A stretch of DNA of 63,407 nucleotides, counting the filler, from Folioceros fuciformis (Eukaryota): the NCBI GenBank assembly GCA_049999805.1. It is 9 parts of 9 records of this genome, joined end to end, with 100 filler letters (N's around TTAATTAATTAA, not from the genome) between each part and the next. Parts side by side here need not be neighbours in the genome. Positions count along the whole stretch, not along the records: positions 33,716 to 40,090 come from JBNGIO010004479.1; positions 40,191 to 46,544 come from JBNGIO010004481.1; 7 more parts are not named here. One strand, 5' to 3'. Below are positions 34,235 through 46,644 of the stretch, one piece after another. The notes beneath the pieces were generated by a model, which saw only the letters and a program-made list of their open reading frames with translations, searched no databases and was not told the DNA's origin. Both the position numbers and the translations under genes were made by a program. Every line of letters begins with the position of its first letter. Position 1 is the first letter of the stretch.

Positions 34235-37200
34235 GATCACAGGATGGAATGTTCCATTCCCTCATATTGTTAGGGAGGCCTGTCATCCGTGGAGAGTCAC
34301 TCAGAACACCCCCATTGGCTTCCCCCTGACAACAAGCTACTATCCTGGCAACCCGCTCCACCACCATCAAGCCTCCCACAACCTTTCAGACTTCTCTTGG
34401 CTAGTTCCTCTATTGGAGCCACCTTCACTTGCCAGTGCTTAGCACGACTGGGTTCCAATTCTGGCTTGGGCACGAGGATGTGAATGGTTTCGTTTAGGAG
34501 AGAATAGGCCGATGAGCCTCCATCCCTCCTCCCCGCCCCTTAGCACCCCCAATCCTCCCTGCAGTCACTCCCATCAGAAGTCTCAGAGCCCCAATCACCT
34601 AGCCGCCGAACCGGTCCAACCACCGAATTAGGCACCTCACTACTGGCCATCAACTCCGCCTATTATCTTGCCGCGATCCAGTCTGACTGGGTCCGATCCA
34701 CCCCCGCCTTGATTTGCCTGCTAGCCCGGCCCCGCTCAGTCCCATTAGTCCGGCCAGGCTTAGATTCGCCACCAACTAGCCAGCTTGCTAGACTGATCCT
34801 AGCACCTGCATGTTTGGAGCATCGATCACTTGGATGCCGACGCTCCCCTCTGATCCGCCTGGCCAACTGAATCCGGCCCCAGCCTGGATGGCTCTTGCTT
34901 CAATCCGCCTGCCCGGCCACCCCGCTGAATCCTATCGGCCTCTGCCCGAATCCGGCTCCCAGGCTGCTACACCTGCGGTTCCGGCCATCCTACCACCATC
35001 ACAGCTTGCTTAGCGATCCGGCCAGGCCGCAGCCTACGCTACTGGCCGCCTGCCTTCCTCGGCGGCCATGCCAGCCGCCGGGCCAACTTGCTGGCCGGCT
35101 AGATCTGGCCGGGAAGCTAACCGGATCTGGCAGGGCCCCCCTACCAATTTGCCTGCGTGCCTGGGCTCGCTTGCTGGCCAGCCCGACCCGGATCTAGCCA
35201 GGCAGCCAGCCCACAGGATGGCCTGCTTCCCCCTAACGTGGTCAGGCAGCCCGCTTGTTAAGCCGCCTGCTGTTGGTCGGGTCTGCTCGCTTGCAGTGCT
35301 GTTTGCCTGCAGCCAGATAGGGCTGCCTATTTGCAGCCGTTTGGCGGAATCCATGCCGCCTCTGGCTGCCTACCTGGTTGACTCTCACTGTAGCCCAGCT
35401 GGTTCCTTGCCCAGCTAGACCCCAACCCCCTAGGCCTGGTTGCCCTCCCCGGCCTTCCGCCTGCCAGGGCTGACCACGTCCCGGATTTGGCTATTGCTGG
35501 TGGCCTGCTTGCTGCCGGGTCGCCGGGCTGCTCCTCAACAGCTGGGCCGCTGCTGGCCCAGCCACACGCCAGACTGCCTGCAAGCCGGTTTGGCCCTGCT
35601 GCCCCGGCTGGGCTGCCTGCCTGGTGCCGGGTCGGGATGGCTGCTGGCTAGGCTTCTCTGCAGCCCGCCTGACTTTGGGATCTGGTCCTGGCCAGCCTGC
35701 TGGATTCACCTGCCAGCCAACGGGCGTTCCCCGGATCCAGCCACTTGCAGCCAACCCCTGTCTGGCCCAGCCTCGACCAGCCAGCCGGCCATCCTGGATC
35801 CATTCGGACCGCAGCCGGATCCGACTCCAGCTCGCCCCACTAGACGCCTGGCCAGGTCTGCCTGCTTGCAACGGCTGGCCGCCTAGACCTCAGCAGCTGT
35901 TGCCAGCCGCCTGGCCAGCTAGCCAGCCTCCATCACCTTGCCAGGCCGACAGCACCCGCTTGTTTGGTCTGCTGGCTGATCGATTCTGCCCGCCACCCGG
36001 CCGCACGCCATCCACTACCATTGCTGGCTCCCTGCAGCTAGCCAACCCGTCGGATCCGGCCAAGACCCCAGCTCGGATTCGGTGCCGGCCTGCTATTCTT
36101 GTAGATCCAATGTCGCCACCTCTCGCTCAGCTAGCCACCCCTGTGCAGCGCCCCCTGCAGCTCTTCCACATCCGACCGGCCCATCCCCCTGGCCCGCATA
36201 GCCTGATCAGCCCGCCTGCCTAGCCGCCTAGACCTCGTCGCTAGTCGGCTGATCCAGCAACACAACCCGCCTGCTAGCCGACCTCCTGCCTTCCGGGATC
36301 CGCCAACCTGACCGGACCGTGCCTGGATCCCATTGGCCTCTGGCTGCCTACCTGGTCGGCTAGTGCCTGGGTCTGCTTGCTTGGTTGGCCCGGCCGCGAT
36401 CCAGCCACTTGCCAGGATGCGCGTCTCTTGCAGCAGCTGGGATCCAGCCTACCAGGTCTGGATCAACCCGCAGCCCGCTAGCCGCCTTGCTCTGATGGGC
36501 CAACTGCCGGCTGCCTACCTGCTTCTCAGCAGCCGGGCCGGTCTGGGCTGCTGCCTAAACTTTTCAGCTCCCTGCCACCCGCCAGGATCCGTCCCAGCCC
36601 GTACTCCCCTCAGCCAGACGCCAACCACCAGCCACCCGGTGGCTGTTTGACTGCCTGGCCGGACCCGTCTGCCCNNNNNNNNNNNNNNNNNNNNNNNNNN
36701 NNNNNNNNNNNNNNNNNNNNNNNNNNNNNNNNNNNNNNNNNNNNNNNNNNNNNNNNNNNNNNNNNNNNNNNNNNGATCCACTTGCAGCCGGCCTTCCCGC
36801 CGATCAGCCTGGCCGCCTACCCTACCAGTCCGAACCCTGCTAGCCGCCAGCCCCAGCTGACTGCCCGGCCTTTGAATCCAACCCTGGCCAGCCTGCTGGG
36901 TCCTCCAGCCTCTGGCCCTACCTGATCTATTGGTTGCCCACAGACTCCTTAGTCGCTTGGCTACTGCCCACAGCTGGCCTTTGCAAGCCAGCAGCTGTCT
37001 GGCCGATCAGCCAAGCCGCCTGCCTAGCACCAGCCGACCCGCCTCTACCTGCCATCCATCCAGATCCGTCCCAGCCAGCCACCAGGCAGCTGCTTGACTG
37101 CTTGCTGACGGGTCGGGCCTGTCTTCTGCAACCACCAGCATCACTAGAGAGAGCCAAGCCCCGCTCGCCTTCCATGACGTCCTGGGGTTTACTATTCCTC

Positions 37201-37394
37201 CGTCACCTTACTCCAGGGACCAGAGCCCACGTCCTATCTACCACACAACCTACCTACCCTATCGACTCACCATCAATCTAGCTACTATTCTAACCTAATC
37301 TCCCAACCTTTCCTCTACAACACTCACTCATAAATCCAAAAAAAAAAGAAAACCTATCATTTCCCAGGGGTCTATTCAGCATGTGGAGTCCACA
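34235..37394 (-). mobile_element. Giant-LTR family copy 2a (GC-rich interior plus TGTGGAGTCCACA end)
   Basis: 37230-37394 is near-identical to 30620-30786; interior blocks are homologous to copy 1. Left boundary is an N gap. Confidence 0.85.
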
Positions 37395-37593
37395 ATAGGC
37401 TAGGCTTCTGGCCTCTTTGTTGTGTGTGTGTGGTCAAGCCTATAAATCGGTTGATAGGTAGAAGTGTGAGTAGATAGCTGTAGGTGTTCCTTGACACTAG
37501 TTCACTCCCTTGGGAGCGAATAATAAGACTGCAACGACAATAAGGGGAGGTGTGGCCCTTTGGTGGTTCTTGGGTGCAAGAAATCACTCCACA
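37395..37593 (+). mobile_element. Giant-LTR family copy 2b (opposite end, opposite orientation)
   Basis: Reverse complement of ~25733-25923; ends AAATCACTCCACA at 37593. Confidence 0.9.
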
Positions 37594-38318
37594 GGGATTA
37601 TCCGTCAATTTACGGTTCCCTATACTTCTCAGCAGAATGGGGTTGTTGAAAAGGCCAATGGTGATCTGCTCGCCATGGCCCGCGCCATGCTAGCCCGCAC
37701 TCATATCCCCAAACCCTTTTGGGCAGTTAATATTACGACGTATCTCCGCAATAGGGTTCTTTCCAAGTCAGTTCCCGGCTAGACACCCTTTGAGTCCTGG
37801 CATGGATATAAGCCTCTTATTACTCATCTTCTGATTTTTGGTTGCCCCGCCTATGCTAATATTCCTTCTCAGCTTCGCAACAAGCTTTTCTGATCGTGCT
37901 CGCAAGCTGGTATTTGTTCGCTATGGCAAGGACCGTAAGGCTTATAAACTGGTTGACTTGGATACCCATGCTATTGTATATTCTCGCACCGTCACTTTTG
38001 ATGAGGCTCGGTTAGCATCTGCTTGTTTTGAGTCCATGGATTCTGCTTCGGCTCCCTCATACGACACTGCTTCTTCCGACCCAGGTGACTTTATGCCTGA
38101 GTTTTTAACTCAGCCCTCTATTTTCCCGGACTTTGGTCCTGCACCTTTTGCTCTGTCCCTGGCCTCTTCACCTCAAGCAGCACCTATCCCTATTGTTCTT
38201 GCTCGAGAGGGGGAAGATGAACAGGCCATTGTTGATCCTTATGAAAACAGAGAAGACTTTGGTGCTCTTAATCCACAAGACCCAGAGACTGTTCCTGCTC
38301 CACCTTCTTCTCTTATAC
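37594..38318 (+). mobile_element. Degenerate Copia integrase fragment
   Basis: GIIRQFTVPYTSQQNGVVEKAN, FWA, YLRNR, FGCPAY, KAYKL..YSRTVTFDE with stops and frameshifts. Confidence 0.9.
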
Positions 38319-39845
38319 TGCGGAACGGTCCGGCATAACAATATGCAAGTTTGTCTTTCAGCCGGATCAAATTGGGACAGCGGTGCGATTTGAGGTGAAG
38401 CCAGACTTCCTGGCCCAGTGAATATGAGACTTCCCGGCAATGTTTGTTCTCGGCTTTCTAGTACCGGTCTTTCGGCGAGGAGCTTCTGTTTGGCTACCTT
38501 GATCTCTTGCCAAACATCTTCAGCCAGTTCGGCAGCACTGCTCCACCGTTCTTGGCTGGACGGCCAGAGACCCGGAGGTAGCGGGTTCTCGCCATAGAGC
38601 AGCTTATAAGGGTTGACACCAGTAGCGGCGTGCCGGGAGGTGTTGTAAGCATATTCCAACAAGGGCAGCATCTCTTCCCACCTCCCCTGCTTGTCATGTG
38701 TGAAGCGGCGGAGCATATCTTCTAACACTTGGTTATGTTTCTCCATCTGGCCATCAGATTCCGGATGGCAGGATGAAGATAGGTGTTGTGCCATACCTCC
38801 AGTTTCGGTGGAGGTCCGCCAGAAACTAGAGGCGAACTTGGCATCCGTGTCGGAGACGATGCTCTTGGGGCAGCCATGGAGGCGGAAGATCTTGCATAAA
38901 AATAGGTTGGCTAGCTTTGTAGCCGTGATGGCGGATTGTACCGGGATGAAGTGGCAAGTCTTCGAGAAACGGTCCATCACCACCCAGACGGAATCGCGGC
39001 TTTTTTGTGTCTGAGGTAAGTATGTGATAAAGTTCATGGAAATGGAACGAAACCTGCCATCCGGTATCTGCAGGGGTTGTAGCATGGTTCGAGTGTTCTG
39101 GTGGTCCGGCTTTGCCTGTTGGCAGGAGGTGCAAGATTGGACCCAGTCGATGCAATCCACCCGGAGACCATCCCAATAGAAATGCTCCCTTACTCGAGCA
39201 TAGGTCTTGTCTATGCCAAGGTGTCCGGCCAGCGGGGAGTCATGAAGGTCATGGAGGAATAGCCCGCTTGAGGTCCTGCAGGTGATGTGGAATGACTAGT
39301 TTGCCCTTCCTGTAGATGCAAGCGTCTTGTAAGGTATATTGCTAGGTGAGGGCCATGGGAACTCCTCCCTAAGCATCTCCCATAAGGCCTTTGTATAGTT
39401 GTAACAGCTAAGGGTCATGAGGGATTGCGTCGCGGACTTGTCTCATGGTGTCAGACTGTGTGAGCATGAGGACGCAAGCACGGCGGCTGAGGGCGTCAAC
39501 CACAACGTTCAACTTCCCAGAGACATACTTGATGTCGAAGTTGAAATCTACGAGGTACTCCGCCTAACGTTTTTGCTTGGTGTTGAGGTGAGGTTGTGAA
39601 AAGAAGAACTGTAATGAATGGTGGTATATGAAACAGGTAAACCTCGTCCCCAGCAGGTAGTGGCACTAGGCACGGAGGGCATGGACCATTGCCAGCATCT
39701 CCTTGTCGTGGACGGGGTAGTTAACGTGGGCGCCTTGGAGCTTTTTGGACTTGAAGGCTACGGGCCGCTTGTGTTGTGACAGCACCGCTCCAAGGGCTAT
39801 GTCGGAGGCATCTGTATGCACTATATAAGGTGCCGTGGAATCTAC
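38319..39845 (-). mobile_element. Degenerate Gypsy RNase H-integrase
   Basis: HTDASDIALGAVLSQ, YPVHDKEMLA, H-H-C-C region (GHLG..KTY..CTSCQ), VVMDRFSK, IVSD.D.KF, HPESDGQ.E, YAYNT; truncated at the GPF motif. Confidence 0.93.
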
Positions 39846-40090
39846 TGTAGAGGAAAAAAATCTTCAGAAACCTCTTTCTCAGTGGCAGAAGGCGTGAACT
39901 TTGTTTTTTTTTTGGTGAAAATGTGAGGAAACCGGCTTAGTAAGGACTAGTACGGGGATATTTATGCCATAGACCAAGTCTCCTTGGTCTATGGCGTTTT
40001 GGACAACCGGGGTAGCGGGGCCAGGTGTTGAGAATGAGTGTGGGATGGTCCTTGGCCTTTGGTGGGCAGGGGGTATTGGGAAGTCTATAT
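39846..40090. mobile_element. Probable LTR end (TGTAGAGG...) interrupting the Gypsy pol
   Basis: Pol homology ends at a TG followed by non-coding sequence up to the scaffold end. Confidence 0.45.
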
Positions 40091-40190
40091 NNNNNNNNNN
40101 NNNNNNNNNNNNNNNNNNNNNNNNNNNNNNNNNNTTAATTAATTAANNNNNNNNNNNNNNNNNNNNNNNNNNNNNNNNNNNNNNNNNNNN
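40091..40190. other. Artificial scaffold linker
   Basis: 44N-TTAATTAATTAA-44N. Confidence 0.98.
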
Positions 40191-40191
40191 A

Positions 40192-41513
40192 TGTGGACTC
40201 CACATCCGGAATAGGTCCTTGGAAAATGGTAGGATTTCTCTTTTTGGGAATCTCTAAGTGAACCCTGTGGTGAAAAAGTTAAAAGATTAGGAAAGATTAG
40301 TAGCTAGATTAATGGTGAGGTGAGATGTGTCTTTGAAGGGTTGCTGGAATGATCTGAGAGAAGGGATGGAATGATTTGAGAGAGGAGGGAGAGGGTTGAG
40401 AGGCACTGATCATTTTGGTAGTCTTGAGAGGTTGGTCAATTTTGGTAAGGGCACCCAGTGGTGTCCATGGGACACAACCCCTTNNNNNNNNNNNNNNNNN
40501 NNNNNNNNNNNNNNNNNNNNNNNNNNNNNNNNNNNNNNNNNNNNNNNNNNNNNNNNNNNNNNNNNNNNNNNNNNNNNNNNNNNTGAGGCTAACCCTAATA
40601 GATAGAGATGGAGGTTTGGGCCAAGGTAGTATAAAAGGCTAGACCTGCCATTGAGGAGGGGGCTGTCTACGGTGCGATTTCCCTGGACCTTGGGTGCAGA
40701 ACTCCTGGCTTAGGGCGCTGAGCTGGTTGAGACTAAACCAAGGTCTTGATTTCCCTTGCCACTAGGGGAACGTGGAGGATCCCAAGACTGCCAAGATTCG
40801 TGTGGCTGGATCCGCAATGGCTGACCACCTTGCATGCTGGCTGAGGTGAGGTTGCAGGGCCGTGAGCCAAGGAGGCTACCCAGCCCTAGGCCTCGCCTTT
40901 GCCTTGAAGGCTGCAAGAGGGAAGGCTGTTGTGTTCCAAATTGCAGGAGAGAAGGGTTGAGTTGCAGATTTTGGAAGTGGAAGTGTTGAAGTGAGGAGTT
41001 GAGCTGAAGTGAGGGGCTGGAGGGTGAAGTGAAGTGCTGAAGTGAAGGACTGAAGTGCTGAAGTGAAGGTCTGAAGTGCTCAAGTGAAGTGCTGAAGTGG
41101 TGGAATGAAGTGTTGGAGCTGGAGTGAGGAGCTAGCTGAAGTTGAGGTTCTCGTTCAGCTGCGGAGGTAGCTAGCACTAGGTGCTGAGAGTTGGAGGCCA
41201 GACTTGGGGCTGGAGCCTCCTCTTAGCAATGAAGTGATTGATACTTGGAGCTGGAAATGAAGGCTGAAGACAATGCTGGAGTTCTCATTTTGTTGAGGCT
41301 GGGGTTGGTGTTGTGGTAGGAACCGAAGACAGGACCGAGACTTCTGACCTATTGCTGTAGCACTTGGTATATGCTGATAGATAGGGTGAGATTAGGGAGA
41401 TGTAGGTGACCTTGACATTAGTTCACTCCCTTGGGAGCGAATCATAAGACTGCAACGATAATAAGGGGAAGTGTGGCCCCTTGGTGGTTCTTGGGAGCAA
41501 GTTTCACTCCACA
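40192..41513 (+). mobile_element. Giant-LTR family copy 3 (diverged subfamily; interior hidden by N gap)
   Basis: Starts TGTGGACTCCACA, TATAAAA at 40630-40636, 40650-40890 homologous to the reverse complement of ~26230-26450, TGAAG-rich tract, ends TTTCACTCCACA. Confidence 0.85.
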
Positions 41514-42183
41514 GTTCCAAATCTCCAACTTGGTGTAGGTGTCCGGCAAGTTGTAAACCTCTACATTGGGAAGGCGCTCAGCCATGTTCAGGAAGGCGGT
41601 ATCCATCCACGCTTCTGCATTCTTGTGGTAGAAGACGGGATGGGTGGGTTCACTTGTATGTTGTCCCAGGTGGCAGCTACTAGCACCCTAGCACGCAGCT
41701 CATCGTATCGTTTGAAGCCGATGCAATACACACGTCGAAAGGCCTTCAAACAACACCTCACCGATCTCTCACCCTTCAAGTATGTGACAACCTTCCTTTC
41801 TGCTCTTCCTATGGTCTCCAATTGAACCAGTGTCTCCAAGAAGGTATCTTGTTCTTGTCTTCCCATGCGTAGAAGTCTGTACTGTTGTTCTTGGAACGTC
41901 TCTTTCGATAAACGTCGAATGCACATTCTATTGTAGCATAACTTCATGAACTCACCCGAAATCAATGCTACATCACCCTTCCTTAATGGGACATCGCTGG
42001 TTTGATGACGGTGGGTTTCTCTAGTAACGGGCCTCCGGTCCATAAGCGTTTTGCTGATGCGTTTCCTTTGCACGAAAGGAACAATCTCTTCTGTCTGCGA
42101 CATGGCGAACAAGCTCCTTCAAAAGGTGGGAACAATGACTTCACATGACGCTCTAGCATCTTCAAAGGACGCAGGACATTCAC
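41514..42183 (-). pseudogene. N-terminal remnant of a Sola-like / DUF7869-type DNA transposase
   Basis: C...C..LS...EQDTFL...RCCLKAFRRVYCIGFKRYDEL, then after a frameshift AEAWMDTAFLNMAERLPNVEVYNLPDTYTKLEIWN; cut by the LTR at 41513. Catalytic core absent; assignment from remembered motif pattern. Confidence 0.55.
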
Positions 42184-42430
42184 CCGCTTGCAACTTTCTC
42201 GTGTTAAAAGGTCATGCTGTGCTCAAGAGAGAGAATGGTGGTTTGTATATTTATATTACCTTTTCATATTTCACTTTAAGTAATTAATTTTTATTATTAT
42301 AGAAAAATGTATGTTTATGATTCATTATTTACGGTTTACTTTCTACCAACATGAAAAATTTACCTTTGTAAATTATAGTTGCCTTCTTTTATTTGCAACT
42401 TCCAACTTCTTATACACTCAGCGTCTTTTT

Positions 42431-45005
42431 AGGCTTCGACAGATGCGTGCTCATTCATTAGGAGATGACGTGTGGCTATCTCACTGCACCTCCGTGGCCG
42501 CCCCGATGCATGCATGTGTGTGTGGTGGGGAGTGTTGGGCATCATGTTGGCGGAGCTGGGTGTAGAGTTGCTGGAGGTGGCGCTCTGGATTGCTGGTGTA
42601 GGGTGGCGCGCTTCCCGGAATTGCAGCTGCAACCAGCCATGTGTTGGCCCTCCTGGATTTGCCCCACCTACTATTGCCTGGGCCTGAGTCCCCCCCCACC
42701 CTCCTCCTACTTTTCCATTGCAGCCTTTCGTTAGTGACCACATGACGTTGCTCGACCCATGGAGTTGCTGCTAGCGATCATCCCCTGCTGCTACGGCTGT
42801 TGGATATCCAGTAAGTTTGGCAAGAGCAAAGAGATATGTCTGCTGACACTTGTTTCTTTTGTGCCCTTGGCACTCTCTGGTTGCTACCATTGACCCTTGG
42901 CTATGCATGCCACAGCTTGGTGCTGTCTCTAGCTTCACTGGCCTGCAAGGTCGTTGGCTCCTTCCCTCCAATGACCTTCAATGCTACTAAGACTTAGTGC
43001 TCAGCTCCTTGGTGTTTTTCCTTTTCTCTGGTTTTTGGGGCCAGCACATCCCGTTTGTTGGTCTGTGGCTGACCTTGCTTGTTGATGGTGCACTCAGGGT
43101 TTCAATGGCTCCAAAGACGGTGTTTTGTTCTTCTGGTGTTCTAGGGTTTAGGGTAGAACACAGCCTCTGCAGCGTCTAGTCACGTTTATCAAGTGCTTGT
43201 GGCATGAGACCTTGTGGTGTTCTAGCACTCTACGTCATGGTTCCTTGCTCATGTTTCCAGGCATGAGTGGCGAGTTGGGTGGTGGCTTCCTTGTTTGTTA
43301 GGAGTTGGGCGCTTGAGCTCCCTCCGTTTTCAAGCATTAGACATCCTGCTTCTAGGCTCTTGTGTGAAGGCAAGACTTGTGGTCACTTGTGGTGCGCAGG
43401 ACATTTGGTAGCTTCCGGTGTGCAAGACATTTGGTCGCTTTCGGTGTAGGAGACATTTGGTCGCTTTTGGTGTACAAGACATTAGGTCATTGTTGGTTCA
43501 TATGACATTTGGTCCACGTCGGTCCAGAAGACCAAATTACATGTGGTCGCTGTCGAATGCAAGTGATTGGACCAGTCAAAGAAAAGTGGGGCCAGATGTC
43601 TAGTATGTACTTACAGGCTGGGATAAACTTTGTTGCTCAAAGTCCAAGGACTGATATTTATGGTTATTTTGTGGAGTATCAAAGTGCAGAGAGTTCATGG
43701 TTGCAAAGTAATCGAATCTAAGGACCAAAAACCTCAACATCCAAGGAACATCTGATATGGAAGCATAAACCTTCAAATCCAAAAACCATGTTGACATGGT
43801 CAAGATGCCAAGAAGCCCCTCCACGAAAGCGGGTATCATAGTCCAAGAACCCCGATTGATCTAGGTTACTGGGATTTTCAAAGGACAAGGACTCCAAGTG
43901 ATCTATGGTACTACTACGAGTTTCGAAGGCCAAGGACCCCCAATGCTATATATTTGAGGCCCCACAAGATTGATGTTTGACATACCAGATATCATGAAAG
44001 GTATGTTTGTTTTCCTTATGCGTTTTGGAAAGTGAACTTTGCTGGCTGGAGCAAGTTGACTGACATTCGTGCGTGGAGGTTTAGGAGGTGCTACGCTTGC
44101 ATCGGCCCGCTCATGATCGCGTCGGGTCATTTGCAGGCTTTGACAGATGCATGCGCGTTCACTAGGAGACAACATGTTGTTGCCTCACTGCACCTCCATG
44201 GCCTGTGGCTGGCTTGGCACATGCGTGTGTCTGTGGTGGAGAGTGATGCGTGTTATGCAGGCGGAGCTGGGTGTAGAGTTGCTAGTGGTGGCACTCTGGA
44301 TTGTTGGTGTTGGGTGGCAGGTATCAAAGTGCAGAGAGTTCATGGTTGCAAAGTAATCGAATCTAAGGATCAAAAACCTTAACATCCAAGGAACATCTCA
44401 ATATAGAAGTGGAAACCTTGAAATCCAAAAACCATGTCGACATGGTTAAGATGCCAAGAGGCCCCTCCACAAAAGCGGTTATCATAGTCCAAGGACCCCA
44501 ATTGATCTAGGTTACTATGATTTTCAAAGGCCAAGGACCTCAAGTTATGTATGGTACTGTGATTTCAAAGGCCAAGNNNNNNNNNNNNNNNNNNNNNNNN
44601 NNNNNNNNNNNNNNNNNNNNNNNNNNNNNNNNNNNNNNNNNNNNNNNNNNNNNNNNNNNNNNNNNNNNNNNNNNNNAAGGACCTCAAGTTATGTATGGTA
44701 CTGTGATTTCAAAGGCCAAGGACCCCAAGTGATCTATGGTACTACGATTTTCAAAAGCCAAGGACCCCCAATGCTATATATTTGAGGCCCCATAAGATTG
44801 ATGTTTGACAATACCAGATATCATGAAAGGTATGTTTGTTTTCCTTATGCGTTTTGGAAATTGAACTTTGCTGGCTGGAGTAGGTTGACTTACATTTGTG
44901 CGTGGAGGTTTAGAAGGTGCTAGGCCTACATTCGCCCGCTCATGTTTGCATTGGATCATTTGCAGGCTTCGACAAATGCATGCATGTTCACTAGGAGACA
45001 ACGTG
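42431..45005. repeat. Complex repeat region with a tandem duplication (645-bp offset) and nested subrepeats
   Basis: 43677-44170 repeated from 44322; block AGGCTT.GACA.ATGC at 42431, 44136, 44964; ~41-bp TTTCAAAGGCCAAGGAC units at 44520-44770; ~27-bp GACATTTGGTC units at 43370-43520. Confidence 0.88.
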
Positions 45006-46544
45006 CAGCATGATAGTCTCCCAATCTGGATGATCCAGATTGGGGGACTATCATGCTGAGTGCCTACAAAAACCACCGGGACAAGTTGTTGCGCCCAAAC
45101 GAACACAACAATGAAGGTAGGTACACCCACCTCAGCACCTATTTGGTGCTGAGGTGGAACATTTGACAACCAAGGAGGAGGAAGAAGCCCGATAGGTATT
45201 TGAGGTAGTACTCGTGGAAGAGGGGACCGGAGTGCCTGTCTAGCAGGTGGATAACAAAGTTGAGTTAGGAATCTCCCTGTTCTAGCAAAAGGGAGAGCAA
45301 GAGGGAGGCGACCTGCAGCTAGTTGAGGGAAGGAAGAGGGTTTGAATAGAGTAGCTAGGGTGGATCCAAGAGAACCGCTGTTGGGTGAGCCAGAACTGCA
45401 AAGAGGGGCTAACACTTCCGGTCAGCAAATTTACCGGCCAGGATCCTTAGCCTGGAGCGAGGCCACAATCAAAAGGGTAACGGGTGGCTTGGGTCTCTCA
45501 TAGGAAGGAAGCCACTAATTGCTCATCGTGAGAGACATGTTGGCAACACATTAGTTGCTCACTAAACCTCCTGTTTGGAGGGCTTTGCAAGATTTGTCCA
45601 AGATGGAGACCATTGACTAGGGGACAGAAGAAGCCATTCACATGGGGACAAATTTGTGGAGAGTGGAGTTCAAGTTCTAGGTCACTGACCTAGAGAGAAT
45701 GCTAGGAACTTGCTGGAGAGAGAGGGACAAACTCCAGGAGGAGAAGGAGGTCTTTTTGCCTCAACTAACAGGAGTAATTGAGGAATTGTCCTATAGTCAC
45801 GAGTGAGTTACTCTCCTGATAGGATAGAACCAAGAATTGAAGACTAGGCTAACCATGGTCCAGGAGCATTTGCTAGGAATGCAAGAGCAATTGGCTCAGC
45901 AAGCTCAAAGACTGGGTGAAAGTTAGGCCCTGGCAATGAAGGATATTCGGGGACAACTAGAGGTAGCTAAGGAGAGGTGCCAGGAGAAGGAACGCCTCCT
46001 GCAACGGGTCATCCACCAAATGCTAGTGACCTGGAAAAGAAGGTTTGAGGCATGTTTTGCATGGCAACAGCACCTCACAGAGGAATGATGAAGCACAACA
46101 AGGGAGAATGTGGACCTACACACCCAATTGTCGAAGGCCACTAAAGAGAGGGACGATGTGGAGGCAAAACCCCGGGCACTGATTGCCAACGGGTTCCACC
46201 TTTAGTGGCCACACTTATCCCACTATCGTTGAGACATTGGGTTTCGTTCCCACGAAGGAGCGATGGGGTTCCTTGCTGCTGTGGATGGAGGGTTGGACAT
46301 GATCGAATCGATGATGGATTCGAGGGCTCCTCTCCAGCTCCGATCAGGCGTAGGACAGGTCTCGCTGTCCGGCGGTCAGCTGCACCTCTCTCGGTGCCCA
46401 CAAACTCACTCCAGTCACTACAACAACCCTAACCTCTCAGATCTGCGACTTCCCTCACTCACTTCACTCACTCTCTTACTCCAGCACCAAGACCAGTAAC
46501 CAGCAACGACACCATTACCTTCTACACTTCCCTACTGACTCCTC

Positions 46545-46644
46545 NNNNNNNNNNNNNNNNNNNNNNNNNNNNNNNNNNNNNNNNNNNNTTAATTAATTAA
46601 NNNNNNNNNNNNNNNNNNNNNNNNNNNNNNNNNNNNNNNNNNNN
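46545..46644. other. Artificial scaffold linker
   Basis: 44N-TTAATTAATTAA-44N. Confidence 0.98.

Noticed and set aside
45420-46200. Broken coiled-coil-like reading frames
   Set aside because: Probably retroelement-internal debris, but no diagnostic motif.
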